NCBI GenBank assembly: GCA_963723645.1
Contig: CAVRRR010000002.1
Coordinates: 376,163-440,162 of the forward strand
Direction of reading: 5' to 3'
DNA from: Terriglobia bacterium
Lineage (GTDB): Bacteria; Acidobacteriota; Terriglobia; Bryobacterales; Bryobacteraceae
DNA length: 64,000 nucleotides
The notes beneath the pieces were generated by a model. The model had not been told where the DNA came from. It searched no databases and saw only the letters and a list, made by a program, of their open reading frames with translations. The position numbers and the translations under genes were made by a program. Positions 10,214-20,405 of the stretch are shown here, piece by piece; the stretch's first letter is position 1; each line of letters begins with the position of its first letter.

Positions 10214-11539
10214 ATGTTTGGACGTGGTAATTGGGCCATGCTTGGCCTCTCGAAAGATTCGGTTGAGGCTTTCAAGTCGAACCTCGCAGACCGTGCCCTT
10301 ATGGCCGCAGTGTCTCAGCTCGCGGCGTCCGCTGTCACGCGCCATATCAGAGTGGACGCCGTGGGCGTCAATCCCTTCAGCACCCCACGGCTTGATGAGC
10401 AGCAAGCGATTGATGCTGATGGCGAGCAAGAACTCGCCCGTTACGCCGCGTTCGAGCCGGAGGCCCGTGCCAATGCCACGCTGCCCGCCGAGATCCTCAA
10501 CTCTGAATCCTACGCCTTCGGCGCCTCTCCGTTCGAGCTCCACGAGACGCTCCCCTGGTATGGGCTCTGGGCTGTCTCGAACCAATGGAAGGACGTAAGC
10601 GATCTCGCCTCCGTCAAGGAACAGCACTCGTACGCAGCCCTGGATCGCCCTTACAAATTCCTCCAGGCAACGGACAAGAAGACGGTCGACCGGGAGATCC
10701 GCGGCGTCACCGCAGCTGTTCGCAAACAATTTCCTGTACTGCTCGACTTCAATGAGGGCCGTGTCTACATCGAGAGCACCAGCAAGAAGACTCTCGGGGC
10801 GGTAACCGAACTCCTGAAGCAACTCGGTGCTGACATCGTCTCGGTCGCCTGGACGTACAACCGCCCGAACTGGCCCGCTGAGTTCGTCAAAAAGCTGCAC
10901 GAGGGCAGTGAATTCAGCAGTGATTTCAGCAAACGTGCGGAGGAGGCCACTCGCTTCAAATCCAATGAGATCGTCAAGCTCGAAGACAAAGAGCTGGAGT
11001 CGATAGTCGCCAACTTTTTCTCGATGACTCAGCTTCCCGGTGAGCTCTGGGCCGGCATCTCGGGCCCGGCACAGATCCGACTTCATCAGACGAGCCAATC
11101 GATCCTCGTCAAAGCCCCCACCACCGCCACAACTTTGCTCGGAATGACGCCCGACGCCCACGCCCTCTCGGGCTCAATCACGTTTCAGGAACGCATCTCG
11201 TACCGAAACAAAAAAGGTGAGGAGCGCACGTTTCGCAAGGATCTTCTCAACATCGATATAAACGAGAGCATCAATCTGACAGAGGTCGGGGCCGCTATGC
11301 TTCGCGGGTTTGACATGCCTGCTTTCCGGAAAGATATTCAACGGGAGATTCGGCAGACCAAGCAGGTCCCGTCCGTCGACCAGTTCTGGAGCATGTGGCT
11401 GCATCAGATGAGTAATGCAGTACGCACGCTCGAGGCGAGCTTCCGCGAACTATTCGACCTGAATGGTGATGAGAAGGGCGGCATCCTTCCCACTCATGCT
11501 CCAATGATTGAAGAGCTGCTGGAACTGGAAAATGCCTAA
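10214..11539 (+). CDS. Hypothetical 441-aa cytoplasmic protein, possibly a distant RdgC-like fold
   Basis: C-ending codon bias and natural amino-acid composition; the antisense 332-aa ORF is R/L-rich. AAGGAA lies 8 nt upstream of the ATG. GRVYIESTSKKTLGAVTELLKQLGADIVSVAW followed by NWPAEFVKKLHEGSEF resembles, from memory, E. coli RdgC [32 protein letters not shown] ... LTEWVRSGS. Coding is confident; function is a guess. Confidence 0.55.
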   Translation: MFGRGNWAMLGLSKDSVEAFKSNLADRALMAAVSQLAASAVTRHIRVDAVGVNPFSTPRLDEQQAIDADGEQELARYAAFEPEARANATLPAEILNSESYAFGASPFELHETLPWYGLWAVSNQWKDVSDLASVKEQHSYAALDRPYKFLQATDKKTVDREIRGVTAAVRKQFPVLLDFNEGRVYIESTSKKTLGAVTELLKQLGADIVSVAWTYNRPNWPAEFVKKLHEGSEFSSDFSKRAEEATRFKSNEIVKLEDKELESIVANFFSMTQLPGELWAGISGPAQIRLHQTSQSILVKAPTTATTLLGMTPDAHALSGSITFQERISYRNKKGEERTFRKDLLNIDINESINLTEVGAAMLRGFDMPAFRKDIQREIRQTKQVPSVDQFWSMWLHQMSNAVRTLEASFRELFDLNGDEKGGILPTHAPMIEELLELENA

Positions 11540-11581
11540 GCCGGGCATCTGACTGCAATGGCGTCATTGAAGCTGTAAAGC

Positions 11582-11611
11582 GGTGGCGGCGACAGGCTCG
11601 TAGCCGCCACC
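11582..11611. terminator. GC-rich hairpin between convergent genes (possible bidirectional terminator)
   Basis: GGTGGCGGC (11582-11590) pairs perfectly with GCCGCCACC (11603-11611) across a 12-nt loop. Sits between the stops at 11539 (+) and 11626 (-). There is no clear U-tract. Confidence 0.4.
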
Positions 11612-11625
11612 GTCCTCAAGCTTGT

Positions 11626-12234
11626 CTAGGCAGCGGCAATTCCGGAAGCCTTCGGCCCCGCTAAATAGGCCTCGAGCATGGATTGGTACTGCGCCAGAAA
11701 AGCCGGGTGGGCCGGCCATGCTGGCGCGCTCACCAAGTGCCCATCCGTGATGGCCTCGTCCATCTTCAAGTCGGCGAATGTGCCGCCCGCACCCTCCACT
11801 TCGGGAGCGCACGCCGGGTATGCACTTACACGCTTTCCCTCGATGACACCGGCCGCCGCCAGGATCTGCGCGCCGTGACATAAGGCCCCGATCGGCTTTC
11901 GCGCATTTTCGAAGTGCTGGACAACTTTGATGACCTGCGGATTCAGCCTGAGATACTCAGGCGCCCGGCCGCCGGGAATCACCAATCCGTCGTACGCGGA
12001 TGGGTCGACGTCGGCGAAGGTTGCGTTCAAGACGAAGTTGTGGCCGCGCTTTTCCGAGTAAGTCTGATCGCCTTCGAAGTCGTGGATAGCGGTTCGGACA
12101 AATTCGCCGGATTTTTTGCCCGGACAAACCGCATCCACGGTATGTCCCACCATTTGAAGAGCTTGAAACGGAACCATCACCTCGTAGTCTTCCACGTAAT
12201 CGCCTACGATCATGAGCAGCTTAGCTTTCGCCAT
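11626..12234 (-). CDS. DJ-1/PfpI family protein (class I glutamine amidotransferase-like)
   Basis: 202 aa. The order [26 protein letters not shown] ... [13 protein letters not shown] ... [15 protein letters not shown], with the nucleophile-elbow Cys, is canonical for DJ-1/PfpI. Confidence 0.85.
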   Translation of the reverse strand: MAKAKLLMIVGDYVEDYEVMVPFQALQMVGHTVDAVCPGKKSGEFVRTAIHDFEGDQTYSEKRGHNFVLNATFADVDPSAYDGLVIPGGRAPEYLRLNPQVIKVVQHFENARKPIGALCHGAQILAAAGVIEGKRVSAYPACAPEVEGAGGTFADLKMDEAITDGHLVSAPAWPAHPAFLAQYQSMLEAYLAGPKASGIAAA

Positions 12235-12351
12235 AAACGTGCACTTCCCTCAGGCACCATTGTGCCGGAGCCGGGATGAGAAAATACACGGCAGAAAGAC
12301 TGGCGCGCGTGTGAGCCGTCCACGCTCCGCCCGAATTGAGGAAGATCTCCT

Positions 12352-13569
12352 ATGCGTCTCGAGACACTTGCGCTGCCCCTGCTCTGTTACGCCTTCGCTA
12401 TTCCGGTAGGCGCCGTAACGATACCGGCAGGCACGGAACTACAGCTCCGGCTCACAACGGAAGTCAGCAGCGACAAACCTTCGGGCCAGAAGGTATCGGC
12501 CGTAGTAATCGCCCCCGTTCTGATCAGCGGCGTTCCTGCGATGGATTCCGGCACACAGCTGGAGGGCGTCACCGCGGATGCCCAGGCGAATCAACCGGCG
12601 GCTAACGGCAGCGAAGAGCAGCCCGCAACTGTACGGATGCAATTTACGAGGATTCAAGGCAAATCCGGCCAATCGGGGACTATTTCATGCACCGTTGAAG
12701 GCGTCGACAACGCCCGCGAATCTGTGGATCGGTCAGGTTTGATTACCGGTATCAAAGCATCCCAAACTTTTAGCTCATTGGCGGATCAGGGCGTCAACAA
12801 AGTCCTGGAGAAAAACTCAGAGTTCGGCCAGCTCCTTTCTTCCGTGAAGGGCGCCATCGTCAAAGAGGCGGACCCAGCTATCGACTACAAACCAGGGGTG
12901 GAGCTTACAGTTAAGCTGACCCAGCCACTTGATTGGAAACCGGGCAATGAAAAGCTTCCGGGCCCTGTGCAGCCTCAGGACCAACTCGTGACATTAGTCA
13001 GCCAGGAGCCTTACCGCACGGTGGCCCTCAAACCGCCAAGTCCTTCCGATATGACTAACCTCATGTTCATCGGAACGAAGGAGCAACTCGAGCAGGCCTT
13101 CAAGGACGCGGGCTGGTTTGCTTCCGACCCGCTGGGCAGAGCTTCCACCTATCACACGGCCCAAGCCATCATCGAAGACCGAGGTTACAGTGAGGCGCCG
13201 ATGTCGATTCTGACGTTGAACGGGAACCCGCCCGAGATGACGTATGAGAAGCAAAACAACACCTTTGCTTCTCGCCACCATATCCGTTTCTGGCAGGTTC
13301 CGCAGACGTTTGCGGGCAAACCGGTCTTTGTAGCTGCCGCGACACACGACGTCAAGATCTATTTCTCGAAGACAAGCAGATCGATCACACACGGGATTGA
13401 CCCCGACATCGATCATGAGCGAACCAAGGTTGTGAACGACATGCTGTTCACCGGCAAGGTGAAAGCGCTCTCACTGGTAGACCGCAAGAATATTCCACAG
13501 AACATCTCGAACGCCACAGGCGACCAGCTAAAAACAGATGACAAGATTGCGGTCGTGGAGTTTCAGTGA
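12352..13569 (+). CDS. LssY C-terminal domain-containing exported protein
   Basis: 405 aa with a signal peptide. The C-terminal half reads NLMFIGTKEQLEQAFKDAGW ... SRHHIRFWQVP ... VFVAAATHD ... ITHGIDPDIDHER, which matches the LssY_C pattern as I recall it. Confidence 0.6.
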   Translation: MRLETLALPLLCYAFAIPVGAVTIPAGTELQLRLTTEVSSDKPSGQKVSAVVIAPVLISGVPAMDSGTQLEGVTADAQANQPAANGSEEQPATVRMQFTRIQGKSGQSGTISCTVEGVDNARESVDRSGLITGIKASQTFSSLADQGVNKVLEKNSEFGQLLSSVKGAIVKEADPAIDYKPGVELTVKLTQPLDWKPGNEKLPGPVQPQDQLVTLVSQEPYRTVALKPPSPSDMTNLMFIGTKEQLEQAFKDAGWFASDPLGRASTYHTAQAIIEDRGYSEAPMSILTLNGNPPEMTYEKQNNTFASRHHIRFWQVPQTFAGKPVFVAAATHDVKIYFSKTSRSITHGIDPDIDHERTKVVNDMLFTGKVKALSLVDRKNIPQNISNATGDQLKTDDKIAVVEFQ

Positions 13570-13586
13570 ACGGAGGAATTAGGCTT

Positions 13587-14063
13587 TCAGCCGATTCGCC
13601 AGGATTCGAGTGAAGCGACCGTATCCCGACCCCCTGAATCAGGCCGGATCGTAAGCTCGAGAACAGCAACGCTAGGCAGATCCACCGTGTACTCTTCCGC
13701 CTCTACCGTCGAGCCGCCTGAGCTGAAATTCCACTGCTGGCGGACGATCTGCCTGGTCGGCTCTGCCGGACTCGGGGACCAGCCCACCGCGAATTCTTGA
13801 GTTCGTTCGGCGTTCTCTTCGCGGAACCGCAGCTGTATGCGACGCACGCGCTGAGGCTCATCGAACAGAATCCTGATCTGCTGCTCGCCTCTCGCGGCAG
13901 CACGCCAGCCAGCGCCCTGTTCAGCTCCGAATGCATTGTCGACAGGGAAGTTCGGATCCTCCGATGTCACCTCGACACTCGCGATCTGGTCGATATGGAA
14001 CCACTGCCCGTCTGGCTTGACGGCCGCCGGGTTCTCCAGCGTCTCGATGAGTTTTTTCCTCAT
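13587..14063 (-). CDS. Hypothetical protein, possibly with a galactose-binding-domain-like (discoidin-like) fold
   Basis: The track ORF (13587-14222) runs across tRNA-Cys on the opposite strand. I trim it to the ATG at 14063 (MRKKLIETLENP...), preceded by GGAGAC. VEVTSEDPNFPVDNAF...GWRAA...QIRILFDEPQRVRRIQLRF suggests a jelly-roll binding domain. An alternative start is at 14135. Confidence 0.5.
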   Translation of the reverse strand: MRKKLIETLENPAAVKPDGQWFHIDQIASVEVTSEDPNFPVDNAFGAEQGAGWRAAARGEQQIRILFDEPQRVRRIQLRFREENAERTQEFAVGWSPSPAEPTRQIVRQQWNFSSGGSTVEAEEYTVDLPSVAVLELTIRPDSGGRDTVASLESWRIG

Positions 14064-14146
14064 GTCTCCATTTTCGCCAAGGTTCGCGAGATTTCTCGGC
14101 CTCCGACTGGTATGGTATGTTTCGGAAGACACCATTCCCCCGCATC

Positions 14147-14221
<75 letters not shown>

Positions 14222-14382
14222 AGACTTACGCAATTCCGTACTCTCTTGCAGTTGCAATCTGCTCTTAAAGACGATCCTAAGGTCGCTTGTAACACCACTC
14301 TGCATAACCTGATAACACGACACGTCCGCAACGGGCAAATCTTCGGATTTCGGCAAAGGTACTCTGTTTCGTCTCCCAGGGA

Positions 14383-15251
14383 GTGAGACTTGAACACGGC
14401 AGTCCCCGCATCGGCCTGCGATGGACCATAGGAGACGTCAGCAACGCCGGTTTTGAAGCATTGCAGCTATCCATTTGGTCCGCCAGAAATCTCTTCGGAG
14501 CGGGCGCTCAGTATGCATTCTGCGTGAACACCATCCCTCTGGCCGAGGGGATAGATCGCGCCGGGGAGATCCCTTCGAAGCCAACTGGATGGATGCAGGC
14601 AATCTGGTACCCGGCTGGTTTCGGCGTTACGCTGGCCCCGAGATGGCGGAGGGTGTGGCCTGGAAGCTCGCGCCGGTTCGCGTTTTCCCCACGCTGCACG
14701 AAGTATCGCTCGATAATGGCGTGATCTTGTGGGAACTGCCCGAAGTCATGGGCGAATGGTTGCAATCCGACGACAAAGATGCCTGTCTGATCACAGCGGA
14801 CGTGCAACCCGCGCTGGGGCAGTTCTCGGTGATGTGTAATTACCGAGCGCTCAACACTGGAATTCGTGGTTTTTCGCCGGGCTTCGATATGGAGGGGCGG
14901 CTTCGAAACACACTCGCGCAGAGTGGCGTGACTCTGCAGTCGGAACTGGATGAACAAGGGCTGCAGGCAGCCGTTATGCTTCGATGCAAATTGTTTGTCG
15001 TAAGTACGGAGGACGTCTCGATCTGCTCCCCTTTTTCTAATCATCAGCAGCATCTTGGGAAATGCGGCGTACATTTTGTAGGGCTCAATCCGAAGCGATT
15101 GCCCTGGAGACTGGAGGGCCGAGCCGCTCACGAGGTGATTCGTGAGCGCTGGTACGGTTATCAAAGCGAACTGGCTCGTCTGGTGGGTCCGGGCCAGCAT
15201 GGCGTCCCGCAGCGTCGGCAAAGATCCCTGAATCGGGTCAACTCTGGATGA
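14383..15251 (+). pseudogene. Frameshifted gene of unknown function (possibly nucleotide-sugar-transferase-like)
   Basis: Plausible protein sequence starts in frame 1 (GTG 14383: GLRWTIGDVSNAGFEALQLSIWSARNLFGAGAQYAFCVNTIPLAEG). It continues only in frame 3 (DPFEANWMDAGNLVPGWFRRYAGPEMAEGVAWKLAPVRVFPTLHEVSLDNGVILWELP...). The switch maps to about 14545-14575, which contains two GGGG runs. This could be a true pseudogene or an assembly indel. Confidence 0.5.
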
Positions 15252-15876
15252 TCTTGTTCCGGATTGCGTAACGCGTCAGTTCAGCGACGCTGCGCAATCC
15301 AAGCACATCCATGATGTTCGCCTTGTGAAACTCGACAGTCTTGGTCGATATATTCAAAATTTCAGCGATTTCTTTCCCGCTTTTTCCTTCGACCACGAGT
15401 TGCAGCACCTCTCGTTGGCGCTGCGTCAATTCACTGCCAAACGTGCCCGAACTTGGATCGGAAAGAAGTTGCGCCACGGTTTCCTTCGAGACGTGCGGGG
15501 TAATGTAGCTTCGGCCGTGCGTTACCTCCTGAACGGCCTTGGCGAGTTCCCAGGCAGCATTGCTCTTCAGAAGATAGGCGTTCCCGCCCACGCGGAAGGC
15601 TTCTCGAACGTAAGCGCGGTCCACATGCATGCTCAGGAAGATCAGTTTGACCTGGCTGTCTCCTTCGCGAATCTGACGCGCCGCCTCGATGCCATTTAGG
15701 ATGGGCATGGAGATGTCGATGATGATTATCTCGGGTTTCAGCTTCGCTGCCGCAGCCACAAGCGTTCGGCCATCTCCGGCAGTGCCAACCAGTTCGCAAC
15801 CGCTCTCTTCGAGTATGTGGCGCAGACCTTCGACGACGATGGAGTGGTCATCGGCGATCAAAGCCCTTAGTTTCAT
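15238..15876 (-). CDS. NarL/FixJ-family response regulator (REC + LuxR-type HTH), with no adjacent kinase
   Basis: MKLRALIADDHSIVVEGL... with the phospho-acceptor context IIIIDISMP. C-terminal LTQRQREVLQLVVEGKSGKEIAEILNISTKTVEFHKANIM. I prefer the ATG at 15876; the track start at 15972 adds 32 non-conserved residues. Confidence 0.85.
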   Translation of the reverse strand: MKLRALIADDHSIVVEGLRHILEESGCELVGTAGDGRTLVAAAAKLKPEIIIIDISMPILNGIEAARQIREGDSQVKLIFLSMHVDRAYVREAFRVGGNAYLLKSNAAWELAKAVQEVTHGRSYITPHVSKETVAQLLSDPSSGTFGSELTQRQREVLQLVVEGKSGKEIAEILNISTKTVEFHKANIMDVLGLRSVAELTRYAIRNKIIQS

Positions 15877-16084
15877 CGATTGCGTCCGGCTCGAGTGCGT
15901 AAGGTCTATCGGGCTACTGCCCAAAGCGGTCTGTCTGCCGAGGGAGATATCCGCGGTCTTTATTGTAGACAAAATCCAATCCGTCCAAACGCAAACTTAC
16001 AAATCCCGGGGTACGTGCCATTGTGAGGCGCGGATGGACCGCTGGCTAGCTCGGATTCTTACCTGGATTCTAGTGTGGTAGACC

Positions 16085-17143
16085 GTGTTTGTGCACTCGG
16101 CTGCTCTTTCCATTGCTGTTGTCCTGCTATGCTTTGCGTTCATGCAAGGAGAACCTACCGGCCATCACCGAACTGTGCTGGTGGTGCAGGAGGGACTCGG
16201 AAAAGTAACGGCCTTCGATTCCGCAACGCTGCGCATGACTGCCGAAATCGCGGTGGACCCCAAACCCCACGAAATTGCGGTCTCCTCCGACGGGCGAACC
16301 GCATATGTTTCCAATTTTGGATGGCTCGAAGTAAATCACAAGGTGGGGATAGCAGGGAAAACGATATCGGTGATCGATGTAGACCGCGGAATCGAGAAAC
16401 AACGATTCGTGTTGCCTGCCGGGAAAGCGGCTGCCCCGCATGGAATTAAGCTGCGGCCGCCGCAGGAACAGGAACTCTTCACGAATGCTGAGGAGGGCGA
16501 TCTCATGCTGGTACTTAGCGCAGCTTCGGGCCAAATGCTGCGATCGTTCCCGCTTCCTCAGAACATCCACAATTTCATCTTTTCCGACGACGGGTCGATG
16601 TTGTTCGCATTCTCTACGGCGGGAGAAGTCTTCCGGATAAGAGCTCAGGACGGCCATGTAGAGGCCCAAAGGCGCGTAAGCTCTCCAAGAGGACTGGCAT
16701 GGACGGCGGATGGATCCATGCTGATCGTCTCCGGCCGCGGCGAACTCGAGATGCTCAACCCGGCTGACCTCGCAGTCGTGAGGACCCTTCCCAATCTTCC
16801 TGTTCATCAGATCTTCTATCCGGCTTCTTCACCCGACGGAAGGTTCATCTTCGCTCCGGCTGTACTTGACGGCATCGTGCTCGTTCTCGATGCCCACACG
16901 GGCCAAGTAACCAGGGAAATCAGAACAGGCAGCCCTCTTTCGGTCACCATCGCCCCTGAGGGGCGGACCGCGTGGGTCTCAAATGTGCTGGTCCCAGATT
17001 CTATGCTTCCACCCGATTCGGCGCCTCGTGCCGGCGGTGTCACAGAACTAAATCTGACAACATTCGAAATGAAACAGGTGCCTGGCATCGTCGATGCAAA
17101 TGGGCTCGCTGTTAGCGCGGTGCCGGTCAGTTCCGCAAAGTGA
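16085..17143 (+). CDS. Exported YVTN-family beta-propeller repeat protein
   Basis: 352 aa with a GTG start and a signal peptide. Repeated ~40-aa units contain P..IAVS.DGRTAYVSN and APEGRTAWVSN type motifs. Confidence 0.7.
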   Translation: MFVHSAALSIAVVLLCFAFMQGEPTGHHRTVLVVQEGLGKVTAFDSATLRMTAEIAVDPKPHEIAVSSDGRTAYVSNFGWLEVNHKVGIAGKTISVIDVDRGIEKQRFVLPAGKAAAPHGIKLRPPQEQELFTNAEEGDLMLVLSAASGQMLRSFPLPQNIHNFIFSDDGSMLFAFSTAGEVFRIRAQDGHVEAQRRVSSPRGLAWTADGSMLIVSGRGELEMLNPADLAVVRTLPNLPVHQIFYPASSPDGRFIFAPAVLDGIVLVLDAHTGQVTREIRTGSPLSVTIAPEGRTAWVSNVLVPDSMLPPDSAPRAGGVTELNLTTFEMKQVPGIVDANGLAVSAVPVSSAK

Positions 17144-17216
17144 ACAGCTAATCAGCGCTGCGCTTTTGGGATGTGATATTGGTGGTCCTCGCAATGCTCT
17201 TGGCCCAGACTTTCGC

Positions 17217-18146
17217 ATGGAAAAACTAAGACTCGTAACACTCTCCGTCGGCCTTTCAGTAGTCGGCCTTTTGGCCGGCAAACTAGCCCGGGCGGCAGAT
17301 ATCGAACGGCCGCCTATCGTAGGTTTGGCCCATGTCGGTCTCTTTGTGAGCGACCTTCAAAAAGCCGACGAATTTTACGGCCACGTTCTGGGCTTTGCAC
17401 ATTTCAGCCTGGATAAGCCCGCTGGCGGATTGATGCTGAATTACTACAAAGTGAATGACCACCAATACATCGAGGTTTACCCCGGACTCACCGGCGACGC
17501 CCAGGATCGCCTCTCGCATGTCGCCTTTGAGACCACGGATGCACGCAGACTGCGGGATTATCTGGCGAGTAAAGGCATCAAGGTTCCGGGGTCGCTCAAG
17601 CCAGGTCTCGACAAGAATTTGAGCTTCATGATCGACGATCCGGAAGGCCGGCGCATCGAATTCGTACAATACATGCCCGGTTCGCTGCACGCCATCAAAA
17701 ACGGAACGCTCCCGCCCGATACACGCGTCTCCGACCACATGATTCACTCCGGCTTTATCGTCCACGATAGGGCCGCCGAGGATCATCTCTACAAGGACGT
17801 CCTCGGATTCAAAGTCATGTGGTACGGCGGGATGAACGACACCGAAGTAAGGTGGGTCGATATGCGGGTCCCGGATGGCACCGACTGGCTGGAATATATG
17901 TTGGCGGTCAACAATCCCAGCCCTAAGTCGCGCGGCGTTAACAACCACATTGCGCTTGGTGTGAAAAGCATTCAACCGGCCTATCATGCCGTCCTTGACC
18001 ATGGCGGCAAACCACCGGAGCCGCCGAAGATGGGCCGGGACGGAAAATGGCAGCTAAATCTCTACGATTCGGATCTCACGCGTGTCGAACTTATGGAATT
18101 TAAGCCGTCGGAGACGCCTTGCTGTTCGCCGATGATTACGCAGTAG
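17217..18146 (+). CDS. Exported two-domain VOC (glyoxalase/bleomycin-resistance/dioxygenase) family protein
   Basis: The ATG at 17217 gives MEKLRLVTLSVGLSVVGLLAGKLARA (signal peptide). Two VOC modules follow (LAHVGLFVSDLQKADEFYGHVLGF and MIHSGFIVHDRAAEDHLYKDVLGF). The track start at 17094 overlaps the upstream gene. Confidence 0.8.
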   Translation: MEKLRLVTLSVGLSVVGLLAGKLARAADIERPPIVGLAHVGLFVSDLQKADEFYGHVLGFAHFSLDKPAGGLMLNYYKVNDHQYIEVYPGLTGDAQDRLSHVAFETTDARRLRDYLASKGIKVPGSLKPGLDKNLSFMIDDPEGRRIEFVQYMPGSLHAIKNGTLPPDTRVSDHMIHSGFIVHDRAAEDHLYKDVLGFKVMWYGGMNDTEVRWVDMRVPDGTDWLEYMLAVNNPSPKSRGVNNHIALGVKSIQPAYHAVLDHGGKPPEPPKMGRDGKWQLNLYDSDLTRVELMEFKPSETPCCSPMITQ

Positions 18147-18156
18147 CTGCAAACGG

Positions 18157-19263
18157 CTATGTCGGTTCGACCAGTTGCTCGACATTGACAGAATAGATCG
18201 CGGACTTGCCTTCGCGGTCGCTCTGGAAGTACACACGCCGGCTGTCAGGCGAAAAGACGGGTCGTACCTGTGCCGCATTACTCGAGCGGTGCTCGCAAAG
18301 CGTTAGCTCCCGTTCCGGAACACGAAGCAAAAGGACCACGTTCGGCTGCGCTTTGCTTCCGCTCGCCCCGACAAAAACGGAGTCGTTTCCATTCGGGCCA
18401 AAAGTGGCGAACTGGCTCGTTCGGGAGACGCAGCGCTCGACCTTTTCTTCCGGTTTTACCTCGTGAACTTCCGCAACGAACACATCATTTTTGGGAACGT
18501 CTCGCAAAAATAACAACGATTCGCCATCGGCTGACCAATACGGATCCGACGCGCGCCCGCTCGCGAGCATGACGGGCCGGGTGTTTGCGGGTCCCGAGTA
18601 CCAGAATTCGCGTTCTTCGGCGGAAATTGGCCGTGTGAACAGGCATCCTCCTTTGGCTGGGCGCACGACCAAGGGGCCGGCCGCTTCGTCCGCGAGAACA
18701 GGCGAATCGTGCGTATTGAGCTGCCTCAGTTTGCCACTGGTGATGCCGAAGATTTCGGATCGGGAGCCGCCCATTCCGAAAGCCGTAACATCTTGGGCAA
18801 GCACGGTTGCTTTCTTGATCTCTGCCTTGCCGCTTACGGACACTTCGCTGAGCGATCCTCCGCTCAGGAAGTAGAGATTGCGCCCCGACTCATCGAGAGT
18901 TAACGAAGTCGGGTCAAGAGCAGGCGCTTCAGCTAATTGACGGATGGCTCCGGTCCTGAGATCGATTCCGAAAGGGGCAAGCCCCCCTCCCGCACGATCG
19001 GAGGAGCAAAAGAGCGTCCTCGATTTCAGGGATAGAAATCGTTTGGTTTGTGCGGGGAGAAAGTGGCTGTAAGCGGGGCTTGTCAGCCTCGTGATCGTAG
19101 TTTCGGTAGTGGGGTCTGCGAAGCGAAAAAATTCGCCTGCCCGGGGCAGCGGCTGGCTTTTCTGGTACCCCCAAGCCGCGCTCGCCAGGAAGCCCGCCGG
19201 TAGAACTCTCGCCAGCACACTGCGGCGCGTTGTATTCTCGCCCACTGTCTGATCAGACGCCAA
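18157..19263 (-). CDS. PD40/TolB-like beta-propeller protein (oligogalacturonate-lyase-like layout)
   Basis: 368 aa with a TTG start and a Tat-like leader (TTRRSVLARVLPAGFLASAAWG). FFRFADPTTETTITRLTSPAYSHFL lies near the N-terminus. The C-terminal PD40 repeat reads VRPVFSPDSRRVYFQSDREGKSAIYSVNV. Confidence 0.65.
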   Translation of the reverse strand: MASDQTVGENTTRRSVLARVLPAGFLASAAWGYQKSQPLPRAGEFFRFADPTTETTITRLTSPAYSHFLPAQTKRFLSLKSRTLFCSSDRAGGGLAPFGIDLRTGAIRQLAEAPALDPTSLTLDESGRNLYFLSGGSLSEVSVSGKAEIKKATVLAQDVTAFGMGGSRSEIFGITSGKLRQLNTHDSPVLADEAAGPLVVRPAKGGCLFTRPISAEEREFWYSGPANTRPVMLASGRASDPYWSADGESLLFLRDVPKNDVFVAEVHEVKPEEKVERCVSRTSQFATFGPNGNDSVFVGASGSKAQPNVVLLLRVPERELTLCEHRSSNAAQVRPVFSPDSRRVYFQSDREGKSAIYSVNVEQLVEPT

Positions 19264-19282
19264 GGGTCAGCCCCTTGTTGCA

Positions 19283-20176
19283 TCACAGGCCTAAGTCGTT
19301 GTGCGCGACGCTCAGCCCTTGAGGATTCGGCGCTTTTGCCATGTACCGGTAGGGGTTCACCGGAGTTCCTCCGAGCCTGATTTCGTAGTGGACATGCGGG
19401 CCCGTAGAATGGCCCGTGCTTCCCGAGAGCGCAATCACCTCGCCCCGCCTCACTTCTTCGCCGGGTACGACGCGAAGCTTGGACAGGTGAGCGTAATAGG
19501 TCTGGATTCCGTTTCCATGGTCAATAACCACACGCTTTCCGTATCGACCGCTCCATCCTGCACTCTCGACGACACCGTCACCGGTGGCGTGAACGGGCGT
19601 GCCAGTGACGGCCTGAAGATCGATGCCAGTATGAAACGCGCCTTCACCCGAGAATGGATCAGACCGGCCGCCGAACGTGCTTCGGACAACTCCAATAACA
19701 GGCCAAAGACTCGGGTCGTTATGCTCCTGCCAACGAAACGCGTAGTGATGATAAATGCTCGAATATCCCGCAGATTGCAGGAAATTGTATTGCTCTAACG
19801 ATTCTCGCAGGTTAGGCATCGTGTCCGAGTCAAGCGCGTCGCCGCTTTGCGCTTCCTTCGGCTGATTGATGCCGTAGGCGACCGAGACCTCGCTGGCAAG
19901 AGTCTCGAGAGAGGCCATCTGCTGCTGATGCTGATTGGCCTGCCGCTGCAGTTCGACATAGCGGGTCCGAAGCCGGTCGAAATCGGCGCTTAGATGATCG
20001 TAATTCGAGACCCTCCAGCTCATTCGAACATAGCTTGAGAAGAGCACGAACATCACGAGCGCAAAGGTTGCAAGCGCTGCACCGGCGTAGGCCAATGACC
20101 TGTAGGTGATGTGAATGCGCTTGACTCCGCCGTGTAGCGAGTGTGCCAAGTCAAGAACTAAGAACTGCTTATCCAT
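19283..20176 (-). CDS. M23-family metallopeptidase (peptidoglycan DD-endopeptidase-like)
   Basis: N-terminal TM segment and a coiled-coil region. The LytM domain has HTGIDL (HxxxD) and GSTGHSTGPHVHYEI (HxH). Confidence 0.9.
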   Translation of the reverse strand: MDKQFLVLDLAHSLHGGVKRIHITYRSLAYAGAALATFALVMFVLFSSYVRMSWRVSNYDHLSADFDRLRTRYVELQRQANQHQQQMASLETLASEVSVAYGINQPKEAQSGDALDSDTMPNLRESLEQYNFLQSAGYSSIYHHYAFRWQEHNDPSLWPVIGVVRSTFGGRSDPFSGEGAFHTGIDLQAVTGTPVHATGDGVVESAGWSGRYGKRVVIDHGNGIQTYYAHLSKLRVVPGEEVRRGEVIALSGSTGHSTGPHVHYEIRLGGTPVNPYRYMAKAPNPQGLSVAHNDLGL

Positions 20177-20405
20177 TCATCTCCTCGGTGGGATGCTCAT
20201 TACGCATGCTTATGCGAGTAGCGAGACAGACCCCCAGGTTTAAAACATCATCAGCGCGAATGAGTTTCCAGACTACATCCATCTATAAACGCTGTCAATT
20301 ACCTTGGAAAGTCCGATATCTCACCTTTATAGTTACACATAGGGCTTGGGCTCCCGGACTGGGAAGAATGCATGTCGCACCGGCGGCTTGCTATACATAA
20401 TCTGC

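Noticed and set aside
10163-11161. 332-aa minus-strand ORF opposite the 441-aa gene. Similar long antisense ORFs occur at 14508-15221(-), 17283-18002(-), 33112-34107(+), 37840-38610(-), 41685-42344(+), 44042-44749(+), 46457-47422(+), 47238-48110(-), 49003-49692(+), 51669-52508(+), 52515-53345(+) and 61325-61987(-).
   Set aside because: They are Arg/Leu/Gly/Pro-rich shadow frames typical of GC-rich DNA. Each lies opposite a gene with clear family motifs and better codon bias.
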